Shown piece after piece: positions 1 to 8,826 of a stretch of DNA of 64,000 nucleotides. The stretch's first letter is position 1. Each line of letters opens with the position of its first letter. The stretch is from Verrucomicrobiia bacterium (lineage in GTDB: Bacteria; Verrucomicrobiota; Verrucomicrobiia; Limisphaerales; UBA1319). Made by a program: the position numbers and the translations under genes. Below the pieces are notes generated by a model, which did not search any database, was not told where the DNA came from, and saw only the letters and a list, made by a program, of their open reading frames with translations. The stretch is taken from assembly GCA_963664225.1 (NCBI GenBank), contig OY760937.1, positions 3,968,001 through 4,032,000 of the forward strand, given 5' to 3'.

Positions 1-1543
1 CATTGCCCTCCGGCATATCGCCGAGGACCTGATCGTAGGTGCGGTTTTCCTTGATGATATAGACGACGTGTTTGAAGACAGAGGGTTCTCCGACGCGCTC
101 GGGAATGGGGCGGGACGGTTGATTGGCGCGCGGGCGCAAGCTGGCTTCCTTCAACCGGGCGTGTTGATAATTGGCGAGGACGGTTTGGGAGTAACGGGCC
201 AGGGTTACGGAATTAGGCCGCCGAATAATGGAGAGCGAGCCGTGGTATTGGTGGCTGTTGTATTTCACGGGTTTGCCCGGCTTTGGCGGAATACCCGATC
301 CAACGCCCTTGATATTGGCCACGCAAAGACTTTTTCGGAGCGCATCATATTCTATGGCGCCGGGATACCAGCCTGTGGGGATCAATCCCGTGAGTTTGGA
401 TCGACCCGGTTTAAAGCGAACGACTGCGATGGCATTCTGGCTGCCGTTGCAGACATAGAGGGTGGTTCCGCGCGGGTCGAAGACGAAGGCATTGGGGCTG
501 GCGCCAAACGGGTCCGTGGGATGCCAGCGCAAGGGAATGGTTTCGACGATCTGGTCGAGGCGGGTTTCGATGACACTGACGGTATCGCTTGCGGCATTGG
601 CGACGGCGAGATAACGGCCATTGGGTGTGAGGGCCATGGCGGAAGCATGAAGGCCGGTGAGGATTTCCTTTGTGACAAGGCCTGAGGCAAGGTCGATGAC
701 GGAAACGGAACCTTCGCTGGCAATGAAGCGCACGGGATCCACCCGCACCAGGGTTCCCTTACCGGCGGGACCGGTGGAGGCGTTGGCATCGGGGATGCGT
801 CCGCCCCAATTGCTGACATAGATATTGGTTTTTGCGAGAACGACCTCGTAGGGGGCAAATCCGACCTCCACCAGGCGCAGGGGCTTGCCTGAAGGCAATT
901 CCATTTCGAGCAAACGATTCGAGAGATTCAGCGCCACATAAAGTCGGCGTGCGTCTGGTGAGATGGCCAGGCCTGCGGGAATATCCGCTTCGCGGCTTTT
1001 CAAGCCGCTGACAGGCAGGGGCAGGCTGCCGATTGGGGAGACATGGTGATTGGGATCGACGCTGAAGACTTTGATGCTGCCATTCACGTTGGAGAGATAA
1101 ATGCGGGTGCCATCGGGCGAAAAAATCAGGCCGGTGTAACTGACCTGACCCTCTTTATCGGGTTCGAGAATATGGGTGGAAACCGGAGCGGCTTCCGGCG
1201 CGGTTTCACCGGGAAGGGTAACGCGTTGGAGAACGTGGCCGGATACAGGATCCACGACAATCAATTCGTGGGATTTTCCAGAAGTGACGAGAATGGCACC
1301 ATCCGGGCTAAGGCGGATGACCTGGGGACGAAGGCCGGGAAGGTCCGCCTGGATACCCGCCGGGGTGAGAAATTGATTTATGGGCAGGACAATGCGGTTT
1401 TCATTCGTGGAGCCGCTGGTCTTCGGCGCGGGTGCCGTTGCCGCGCCGTGACAGACAAGGAGATTGCAAATTAGAAAGGTGCATCCCGCCCAATGCAGAA
1501 GGGCAGCATTCCAAAAGGAAGGCTTTAGCGAAGTAGTGTGCAT
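1..1543 (-). CDS. Secreted YncE/YVTN beta-propeller plus phosphoesterase (alkaline phosphatase superfamily) protein; 3' part runs off the window
   Basis: Not in the ORF track because it has no stop in the window. Both ends translated by hand in the same frame from ATG 1543: MHTTSLKP...RIVLPINQFLTPAG...LSPDG at the start and FKHVVYIIKENRTYDQVLGD at the window edge, the phosphoesterase motif of this family. Confidence 0.85.
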   Translation of the reverse strand, partial: MHTTSLKPSFWNAALLHWAGCTFLICNLLVCHGAATAPAPKTSGSTNENRIVLPINQFLTPAGIQADLPGLRPQVIRLSPDGAILVTSGKSHELIVVDPVSGHVLQRVTLPGETAPEAAPVSTHILEPDKEGQVSYTGLIFSPDGTRIYLSNVNGSIKVFSVDPNHHVSPIGSLPLPVSGLKSREADIPAGLAISPDARRLYVALNLSNRLLEMELPSGKPLRLVEVGFAPYEVVLAKTNIYVSNWGGRIPDANASTGPAGKGTLVRVDPVRFIASEGSVSVIDLASGLVTKEILTGLHASAMALTPNGRYLAVANAASDTVSVIETRLDQIVETIPLRWHPTDPFGASPNAFVFDPRGTTLYVCNGSQNAIAVVRFKPGRSKLTGLIPTGWYPGAIEYDALRKSLCVANIKGVGSGIPPKPGKPVKYNSHQYHGSLSIIRRPNSVTLARYSQTVLANYQHARLKEASLRPRANQPSRPIPERVGEPSVFKHVVYIIKENRTYDQVLGDMPEGN

Positions 1544-1646
1544 TCGTGTAAAATGCCTTGAGGGGGTTCTACGATCAAGACCTTGTGTCCCATGGCATGG
1601 TGCGGGTTGACCCCTGATGGTCCAGGCCGTAAGGTGCAGGCGAACA

Positions 1647-3233
1647 ATGACGACGATCAACACGCCAGAAGAAATTCAACGTCAGCTGCAGGAATTGATG
1701 AGCCGACAATTTCCCAGTTCCCCAGGGGCGAATTTTGCCAAGGCCGATGGGAGCACTGCGGATTCCGCCGCGCCCAAAACGCCGACTGCGGGCTTCAAGT
1801 TCGACTTTAAACCGCGGGATGTGAAGGCTTATCTGGATCGGTTTGTCATCAAGCAGGACGAGGCAAAGAAGGTCCTGAGCGTGGCCTTGTGCGATCATTA
1901 TAACGAGGTGCGCCAGGCGCTGGAAGGCAAGCCACAGGTCAATTACGCCAAGCAAAACATTATTTTGATTGGGCCGACGGGGGTGGGAAAAACTTATCTG
2001 ATTCGGAGCCTGGCGGACTTGATCGGAGTGCCGTTTGTAAAGGCCGATGCGACGAAGTTTTCCGAGACCGGGTATGTCGGCGGTGATGTGGAAGATCTTG
2101 TGCGTGAATTGGTTCGACAGGCCAATGGCGACGTGGCCCGGGCACAATACGGCATCATCTATATCGATGAAATCGACAAAATTTCCGCGTCAACCGGGTT
2201 GACCGGACGTGACGTAAGCGGTCGAGGTGTGCAGACGAACCTCCTCAAATTGATGGAGGAAACGGAGGTTCCCGCCCGCGCGCCCAACGACATTGCCGGC
2301 CAGATCCAGGCGATGATGGAGATGACGCGGACCAGCGGTCCCAAACAGCCGTCCACGATCAACACGCGGCATATACTGTTTGTGGTGAGCGGCGCTTTTG
2401 ACGGTTTGCAGAAGATCGTTCAGAAACGGTTGAGTGAGGCCACGATCGGATTTTCAACCCGGGGCGACCGGTCGCTGAAGCCAAATCAGGTTCTGGAACA
2501 GGCGCAAACGAAGGACTTTATCGATTTTGGGTTTGAACCTGAGTTTATCGGACGCCTGCCGGTGCGCGTGCATTGCCATCCGCTGAATCAGGACGATTTG
2601 TTTGAGATTTTGAAGAATTCGGAGGGCAGCATCATCCGCCAGTATGAGCAATCCTTCGCGGCCTATGGGTTGGAGGTACTGTTCGGGGATGACGGGCTGA
2701 AGCGGATTGCCGAAATGGCTGGTAACGAACAGACCGGGGCGCGCGGATTGATGACGGTCTGTGAGCGGATTTTTCGGGAGTTCAAGTTCGAGCTGCCATC
2801 CACGGTGGTGAAAAGGTTCTTTGTGGGGCGCGCATTGGTGGATAATCCGGCTGTGGCGCTGAAGGAACTGCTGGCGGAGCGGGAGAAAGAGGAGCGGGCC
2901 GTGGGACGGGAATTGGTGCATGAATTTGCGCGGCGCTTTGAGGAGACGCACGGGATCAAGATTCGATTTGCGGAGGCTGCGGCGGATCGGTTGGTGGAAC
3001 TGGCGCATGAACAGTCGGTTTCCGTGCGCGATTTGTGCGCCACACGGTTCAAGGATTTCCATTTTGGGCTGAAATTGATCATTCAGAATGCCGGAGAGAA
3101 GGAATTTGCTCTGGAAGTGGATGCGGTGGAGGCCCCGGACAAGGTTTTAAGCCAGTGGGTGGTGGCCAGTTATCGGGACAACCCGGCGGCAGCGGGCGCT
3201 TCAGGGGCGGAATCCGAGGTCAAAAATGGTTAA
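1647..3233 (+). CDS. clpX: ClpX-like AAA+ ATPase lacking the N-terminal zinc-binding domain, with a C-terminal extension
   Basis: Walker A GPTGVGKT, pore loop ETGYVG, Walker B IYIDEIDK, RDVSGRGVQ, IGF loop, PEFIGR, TGARGL. Start could be 1617 or 1647. Confidence 0.85.
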   Translation: MTTINTPEEIQRQLQELMSRQFPSSPGANFAKADGSTADSAAPKTPTAGFKFDFKPRDVKAYLDRFVIKQDEAKKVLSVALCDHYNEVRQALEGKPQVNYAKQNIILIGPTGVGKTYLIRSLADLIGVPFVKADATKFSETGYVGGDVEDLVRELVRQANGDVARAQYGIIYIDEIDKISASTGLTGRDVSGRGVQTNLLKLMEETEVPARAPNDIAGQIQAMMEMTRTSGPKQPSTINTRHILFVVSGAFDGLQKIVQKRLSEATIGFSTRGDRSLKPNQVLEQAQTKDFIDFGFEPEFIGRLPVRVHCHPLNQDDLFEILKNSEGSIIRQYEQSFAAYGLEVLFGDDGLKRIAEMAGNEQTGARGLMTVCERIFREFKFELPSTVVKRFFVGRALVDNPAVALKELLAEREKEERAVGRELVHEFARRFEETHGIKIRFAEAAADRLVELAHEQSVSVRDLCATRFKDFHFGLKLIIQNAGEKEFALEVDAVEAPDKVLSQWVVASYRDNPAAAGASGAESEVKNG

Positions 3234-3352
3234 AAAATCGACTTGCATGCGCGTGTTGCGGGAGTAACATTATCGCGTAAACAAAGTTTGTCCATTGCTT
3301 GGAATCTGCATATCAAAAAACGCATGAGTAACGCTCAACCGGGAGGGGTGTC

Positions 3353-4132
3353 TTGAGTCGTCCCTTCTCTCCTCGAGGCTTTTCGGCACCCACCACATTC
3401 TATCGGGTTAACGGCAAGATCCGCGCCCGGGAAGTGCGAGTCATAGGAATCGATGGCAGTCAGCTCGGTGTCCTGACCACAACGGAGGCGCTGAATAATG
3501 CCCGCCAACACGGTGTCGATCTGGTGGAGATTGCGCCCAACGCGGTGCCGCCGGTGTGCCGGATTGTCGATTATGGAAAATTTCGTTACGAGATTTCCAA
3601 AAAGGACAAGGATTCCAAGAAGCATCAGCACGCCAACCGCGTCAAGGAAATCCAGCTTAGCCCCACAATCGACGCGCATGATTTTGGCGTAAAAGTGGCG
3701 CGCGGGATCGATTTCCTGTGCGATGACATGAAGATCAAGATCGCGCTCAAATTCCGCGGCCGCGAAATGGCCCACCAGGAGTTTGGGTTCAAGACGGTCG
3801 AGAGATTCATAAAAGAGGTTACGCCTTTTGGCCATCCCGACGCTCCGCCCAAGCTCTTGGGACGTGGGTTGAACGTGATGATCAGCCCGCTGCCCAGAAA
3901 CAAACGCGCCAAGAATCCCAATGCCGTCGAGGGGCGATCCATGACGCTGCATGTGGAAGATGATGAATCGGGCGACGAGAATGACGAAAGCAACGAGGGC
4001 AACGAGAATCAGGAGCAGCAACGTCCCGCCAAGCCGGCCTCCAAGCCGACGCCGAAACCTGAACCCGGGAGCGAGACTGCCGGTGGGGACGGTTTGAACA
4101 CGCCGTTCACGCAGTTGCAGATCAAGAGCTAA
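3353..4132 (+). CDS. infC: Translation initiation factor IF-3 with an acidic, proline-rich C-terminal tail
   Basis: RVNGKIRAREVRVI, DLVEIAPNAVPPVCRIVDYGKFRYE, KFRGRE; GGGAGGGG SD at 3341-3348 before TTG. Confidence 0.95.
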   Translation: MSRPFSPRGFSAPTTFYRVNGKIRAREVRVIGIDGSQLGVLTTTEALNNARQHGVDLVEIAPNAVPPVCRIVDYGKFRYEISKKDKDSKKHQHANRVKEIQLSPTIDAHDFGVKVARGIDFLCDDMKIKIALKFRGREMAHQEFGFKTVERFIKEVTPFGHPDAPPKLLGRGLNVMISPLPRNKRAKNPNAVEGRSMTLHVEDDESGDENDESNEGNENQEQQRPAKPASKPTPKPEPGSETAGGDGLNTPFTQLQIKS

Positions 4133-4168
4133 ACGGCGGCAGGCAATTATCAGATTTTTGAACGCATT

Positions 4169-4207
4169 CGGAGGTTGGAGGTTTTCCTTCAACCTCCGTT
4201 TTGTTTT
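4169..4207 (+). terminator. Intrinsic terminator after infC
   Basis: CGGAGGTTGGAGG-TTTT-CCTTCAACCTCCG followed by TTTTGTTTT. Confidence 0.8.
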
Positions 4208-4328
4208 GGCACCCGACTTCCTGTGAGATTTGATGGGAAGTCGTTTTGAGGGGAACATGGTCATTCGCGACCCGGAAGAAAGAGATTGAACCGCCATGGA
4301 TGAAATCAACGCAATGTTAGGTTAGGGT

Positions 4329-4934
4329 TTGTCTGTGGACGCTGAATTCTGGAATAATCGTTACGCCGTCGCCGATTACGTTTTTGGTGAGGGGCCCAAT
4401 GGTTTTGTGGCCGAGATGGCGTCGCGCGTTCCCGCAGGTCCGGTGCTTTGTCTGGCGGAGGGGGAGGGGCGCAATGCGGTTCATTTTGCGACTTTGGGGC
4501 ATTGTGTCACGGCCGTCGATCAATCGGCTGCCGGATTGGAAAAGGCCCGTCTTCTTGCTGCAAAACGCGGCGTCGGGATTGAGACCGTCTTGAGCGACCT
4601 TGGAGAATATCACATCCCACCGGAAGCGTGGGCGGGGATTGTGGCGACTTTCGCGCATTTGCCACCGCCGCTGCGGCGTCAGGTGCATGCGGAGACGGTG
4701 GCGGGACTTCAGCGCGGAGGCATTTTCATCCTCGAGGCTTACACGCCGGCGCAACTGGCATTTGGCACCGGTGGACCGAAATCGCCCGAATTATTGATGA
4801 CCCTTAACGAGCTTCTGGTGGAGTTGGCGGGATTGGAGTTTTTGATCGCACGCGAATTGGAGCGCGACGTGGTGGAGGGAGGTGGTCACACGGGGCGCGG
4901 GGCCGTGGTGCAGATATTGGCGCGTAAACCCTGA
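4329..4934 (+). CDS. Class I SAM-dependent methyltransferase (TehB-like)
   Basis: FWNNRY, VLCLAEGEGRNA, VTAVDQS motifs. Confidence 0.88.
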   Translation: MSVDAEFWNNRYAVADYVFGEGPNGFVAEMASRVPAGPVLCLAEGEGRNAVHFATLGHCVTAVDQSAAGLEKARLLAAKRGVGIETVLSDLGEYHIPPEAWAGIVATFAHLPPPLRRQVHAETVAGLQRGGIFILEAYTPAQLAFGTGGPKSPELLMTLNELLVELAGLEFLIARELERDVVEGGGHTGRGAVVQILARKP

Positions 4935-5029
4935 TTTGAGAGTTTGAGGCGTGCTGTGGGATAATGGGGAAAATAGTTGGCCATAGATTAACACTGACAA
5001 ACACAGATGAGGGCGGAGGGCGGAGGTCA

Positions 5030-5169
5030 GCATAATTCCTGTTGCCAGGGCGGTATTTGGGGAGCAGGCTGCATTTGTTCAACGATGTGATTGCCACGAG
5101 GACGGCCCATTCATACGCCAAATCCAATCGGCTGAGCTTGACCGGTTCAGGCGGGCACAGCTCTGGAGG
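5030..5169 (+). repeat. 140-bp non-coding direct repeat, copy 1
   Basis: Matches 5388-5529 with 7 substitutions and one 2-nt indel by eye. Confidence 0.92.
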
Positions 5170-5238
5170 GCGGGAAAATGCATCACGCGGAGACGAGGAG
5201 AACGCGGAGAATTAGTGTGGAAAGGACCCGAAAAGCCA

Positions 5239-5272
5239 CCTCACCCCGACCCTCTCCCCAGAGCGGAGAGGG
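5239..5272 (+). repeat. BoxC/REP-like extragenic palindrome
   Basis: CCTCACCCCGACCCTCTCC-CCAGAGC-GGAGAGGG: pyrimidine tail plus hairpin, typical of BoxC-type repeats. Confidence 0.65.
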
Positions 5273-5387
5273 AGGAGTTTTTCGCGTTTATGAACGATTG
5301 GACGATTTGGAAACTGGTACCGCGAGGGGGTGACGGACGAAGGAATGAGCGCGAGTACGCGGAAGGCAAATCAGGGATCAGAGGGCG

Positions 5388-5529
5388 GCATAATTCCTGT
5401 TGCCAAGGCGGTGTATGGGGAGCAGGCTGCATTTGTTGTCAACGATGTGATTGCCATGAGGACGGCCCATTCATACGCCAAATCCAATCGACTGAGCTTG
5501 TTCGGTTCAGGCGGGCACAGCTCTGGAGG
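5388..5529 (+). repeat. 140-bp non-coding direct repeat, copy 2
   Basis: Matches 5030-5169. Confidence 0.92.
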
Positions 5530-5594
5530 CTGGCTTGGGAATAAATCAGCACTTGAAAAGTGAACGATATCATGGTCTGATCCCTTTACAATCC

Positions 5595-5705
5595 GGAGTT
5601 ATGCAGTTGGTTCCGAAGTGCCAACATCCCAATATTCCCGGGGGGATATTCTGGGAAACAATGCATCCAGGAGGACCCGGAGGGTATTCGATCTGGGGAG
5701 ACTAA
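5595..5705 (+). pseudogene. C-terminal remnant of an HNH/EndoVII (WHH-type) polymorphic toxin nuclease
   Basis: Manual translation GVMQLVPKCQHPNIPGGIFWETMHPGGPGGYSIWGD*, matching the MQLVP...H...H.GG...WG tail of WHH toxins; the upstream WHH motif is absent. Confidence 0.75.
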
Positions 5706-5716
5706 CCCAAAACACT

Positions 5717-6037
5717 ATGAAATTGATCGACCTAGTCACATACTTTAGACACGGAGGAACTTTCGAGGACTTCTGTAAAACGCAGGCACTCAACGCCGAA
5801 TCTGAGGTCATAGAAATCTACTCTCAGGTGCCTGTTGGCTTGGAATCGCAACTTGGATTTTTCCCCATCGAGGAAACGGAGGGGAAAGCCGAGTTTTCGT
5901 CGAATGGCGTTAAATACAAGACCCTTTTCGATTTTTTCTACTTCTTAGAAGTCATTGAAGATTTGAAAGACGCGCAGCTTCCCGAAGATGGTGAGCTTGC
6001 ACAAAAACTACTGTCATACGCATTGAAAGACGCCTAG
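5717..6037 (+). CDS. Probable immunity protein (106 aa, acidic) cognate to the upstream toxin remnant
   Basis: ATG 11 nt after the remnant's stop codon; small, acidic and more AT-rich than flanking genes. Function inferred from position. Confidence 0.65.
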   Translation: MKLIDLVTYFRHGGTFEDFCKTQALNAESEVIEIYSQVPVGLESQLGFFPIEETEGKAEFSSNGVKYKTLFDFFYFLEVIEDLKDAQLPEDGELAQKLLSYALKDA

Positions 6038-6268
6038 CAGCCTGTTGAAGTGTATCCGTCAGACCAAGTGGCTATAGGCAATGGCCGGTCTGAACTGGTT
6101 AAATGGGGGGCGTAAAGGGGTCACCCATTAGGGCAGGGATCAACAGAATAAAACGTTGCTGCTCCGATTTTTATCTTTTTCGGTTTTTTTCTGTGGTGGC
6201 TCGATAACGCGTCTGCAGGTTCTGACTCAATCCTGCGTTTTCGTCATTAATAATTTCGGATTTCGGGT

Positions 6269-8243
6269 GTGCGCCAGTGAAATTGGTAGCCTCGTGGGTG
6301 AAAGTCCCGCCGGTCGAATTAGACGGTTCACGACCGAAATGCAGCGTCCGGGACGAGGCCGTGAGGCCGAACCACAAGCGGGACGCTGAAAGAACTGTCG
6401 GGTCGTAACGAAAGTAAACCTCATCAAATGAGCTCCGAAACCGAAATAACCGGTAAGCCGAGCCGCTACCCGAACGGCGAAGGCAGAAACGCGGCGTCAT
6501 CAAATCGTCAAATGGGCGCTGTTGATTCCGGCGGAGTCAGCGAGGGCGACACGACAGGAAGGGAAACCAAGGTAAGCTGGGAGATCTCTGGAGGCGGGGC
6601 GATAAAGCCTCAACCGCCGGTGCAAGGAGGAACACCCTCCGAGGCCGCACGGGCAGCCAGAGAAGTCGGAGTCTTCCATAGTAGCGAAGAAGCTGGGGCG
6701 ACCAAAACCCCGGCGGAGCCAAGGGAAGGCACTTGGATCGAAGCGAATCAAAACAGCGAGGGACAGGGAGATGGCCTTGAGGGAGTGGAAACACTTTTTC
6801 AACGGATAACAACCCCGATAAAAGTTCAAAAGCTGCAGCGAGCGCTATATTGCAAAGCCAAGGCTGAGCCGAAGTATCGGTTTTACAGCCTCTACGGAGA
6901 ACTGCTGCGGAAGGACGTGCTGGAAACGGCAATGGCCTCCGTGGCGCACAACAATGGCGCGGCTGGGATCGACGGGCAGACATGCGACGTCTATCTTGCC
7001 AGCGACGAAGCCTGGGACCAATGGCGGAACCAACTGCTGGAGGAGTTACGCACGAAGAAGTATCGGCCAAGCCCGGTGAAGCGTGTGTATATACCAAAAG
7101 GAGACGGGAAGCTGCGACCCCTGGGCATCCCGACAGTGAAAGACCGGGTGGTGCAGACAGCGGTGGTGATTGTATTGCTGCCGATTCTGGAAGCCGATAG
7201 TCATCCGAACAGTTACGCCTATCATCCCAAACGCAATGCCCACCAAGCAATGGAGGCGATCAAGAAGGCTACGCTGACAGGACGCGTCGAAGTTATAGAC
7301 GCGGACTTAAGCGGGTATTTTGACAGCATTCCCCACAGGCGTTTGTTGCGCATAGTGGCCAAGCGGGTCAGCGATGGAACAATTCTCAAGCTGATCGCAG
7401 GATGGCTGCGCGCGCCCGTGAATGAACCGCAAAGCGACACAGGGAAAGGCGGGACAAAGGGGGGGCAAGGTCAGAATCGACGGGGGACTCCGCAAGGCGG
7501 GGTTGTATCGCCGATTTTAGCCAATGCATACCTCAACCAGTTGGATTGGGAAGTCAACGAACGCTGCGAACTCAAACCCGTGATGGTGAGATACGCGGAT
7601 GATTTCGTGATACTCGGACAGCCGGGGCAGGGACGGGAACTGATGGAACGACTGGAACGATGGCTGAAGCAACGCGAGTTAGTGCTCAACGAGAAGAAGA
7701 CCCGCTTGGTGGACCTCCGCCAGGATGGCATCAAATTCTTGGGATTCGCGCTAACAATGCGACAGGGGAAGGGGAAATGGAAATATCCGCATGTGGAACC
7801 CCATCCCAAGAGCCAGAAGAAGTTTCGAGACGGGATTCGGGAGAAACTCAACCGAAGCACGCTATGGCGTGATATCGGAGAGGTGATTCCCGAGCTCAAC
7901 AAGAAACTCAAAGGTTGGAAGGGTTACTTTCACTACGGGAACAGCACCAAGGTGATGGGCCAGATGAACGAATACGTCAGCAGCAAGTTACAACGATGGT
8001 TGTGGCGCAAACACGGATGTAGTCGGGCGCAATGGTCCACATACCCCAAGGAGGATCTCTATGAGCGTTATGGTTTATACCAAATGCCGGAATATGCGGC
8101 ATGGAAACGATGACGTCGAAGCGATGCAACGTATGATCCCCGGAGAGCCGGATGCGGGAAAACCGCCTGTCCGGTTCGATGAGGGGCGAAATGCGACGGT
8201 CATTGGCCACGGCCATTCAATCCGTCCATTTCGCCTACTCTAC
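6269..8243 (+). mobile_element. Group II intron (IIB-like, probably bacterial class E/F)
   Basis: 5' GTGCGC at 6269; EBS1 loop GCCGAGCCG-CTACCCGAA-CGGCGAAGGC; domain V GAGCCGGATGCGGGAAAACCGCCTGTCCGGTTC at 8145-8177 with AGC triad; domain VI with bulged A8237; 3' end CTCTAC at 8243. Confidence 0.93.
6785..8113 (+). CDS. ltrA: Intron-encoded reverse transcriptase/maturase without an endonuclease domain
   Basis: KVQKLQRALY..AK, GAAGIDG, RPLGIPTVKDRVVQ, DADLSGYFD, GTPQGGVVSP, YADD, FLGF, X-domain GWKGYF. Start uncertain (GTG 6785 chosen; track gives 6428). Confidence 0.93.
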   Translation: METLFQRITTPIKVQKLQRALYCKAKAEPKYRFYSLYGELLRKDVLETAMASVAHNNGAAGIDGQTCDVYLASDEAWDQWRNQLLEELRTKKYRPSPVKRVYIPKGDGKLRPLGIPTVKDRVVQTAVVIVLLPILEADSHPNSYAYHPKRNAHQAMEAIKKATLTGRVEVIDADLSGYFDSIPHRRLLRIVAKRVSDGTILKLIAGWLRAPVNEPQSDTGKGGTKGGQGQNRRGTPQGGVVSPILANAYLNQLDWEVNERCELKPVMVRYADDFVILGQPGQGRELMERLERWLKQRELVLNEKKTRLVDLRQDGIKFLGFALTMRQGKGKWKYPHVEPHPKSQKKFRDGIREKLNRSTLWRDIGEVIPELNKKLKGWKGYFHYGNSTKVMGQMNEYVSSKLQRWLWRKHGCSRAQWSTYPKEDLYERYGLYQMPEYAAWKR

Positions 8244-8298
8244 TAAAGGGTTTTTCCGCGAACGGAAGATATATGGCCTGCACCTTACGGATAAGAAA

Positions 8299-8793
8299 AT
8301 GCCGTATCATATTAATGGAGACTCAGTTGTGAGAGATGGTTTTGTGCAACGCGGTGGATTGTGGGTTATGGGGCAAAGTGTGCTCATGGGGGCGGTGGCG
8401 ATTGGCGGGGTGGTCTGGCATGGCGGTTGGCACAGTTCAATACTGGTGATCGTTGGAGCGATACTACTTTGCGGTTTTGCTGTTTGTGGTATTGCAGGCG
8501 CCCGGGCGTTGGGCCGGAATCTTACGCCCTATCCCAAACCATCAGCCCATGGCCGGTTGGTGCAATCCGGAATCTACGGGCTGATGCGACATCCGCTATA
8601 CACGGCGGTGTTCTGCGCCGCGATGGGTTGGGCGCTCGTGTGGGAGAGTTGTGTCAGCCTACTTTTCGCAGTCGCTCTGGGCGTTTTCTTTAATGCCAAG
8701 GCGCGACGGGAGGAGCTGTGGCTGAGGGCGCAATACCCGGATTACGCGCAATATGAACAGCGCGTCCGGCGCTTCATTCCGTGGATATACTGA
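8299..8793 (+). CDS. Isoprenylcysteine carboxylmethyltransferase (ICMT/PEMT) family membrane protein
   Basis: LTPYPKP, LVQSGIYGLMRHPLY, REE..L..YPDY..Y...VRRFIP. Start 8299 or GTG 8329. Confidence 0.85.
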   Translation: MPYHINGDSVVRDGFVQRGGLWVMGQSVLMGAVAIGGVVWHGGWHSSILVIVGAILLCGFAVCGIAGARALGRNLTPYPKPSAHGRLVQSGIYGLMRHPLYTAVFCAAMGWALVWESCVSLLFAVALGVFFNAKARREELWLRAQYPDYAQYEQRVRRFIPWIY

Positions 8794-8826
8794 AGCGCCG
8801 TTTTCCGATCTGGAGCCGACGGAGGT

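Noticed and set aside
5085..5160. HDV-like ribozyme or known riboswitch in the 140-bp repeat
   Set aside because: The order of stems is suggestive, but the J4/2 catalytic strand is too short, the GG needed for P1.1 is GA in copy 2, and no riboswitch consensus matched.
6428..6784. 119-codon N-terminal extension of the RT in the ORF track
   Set aside because: It runs through the ribozyme's 5' RNA domains, including the EBS loops, and has no RT-like motifs; probably an incidentally open frame.
5030..8113. Reverse transcriptase plus two near-identical 140-bp repeats as a DGR (TR/VR) or retron
   Set aside because: Differences between the repeats are not adenine-specific and include an indel, and neither copy ends a gene. 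The RT lies within group II intron RNA with clear 5' end, domains V/VI and a maturase domain.
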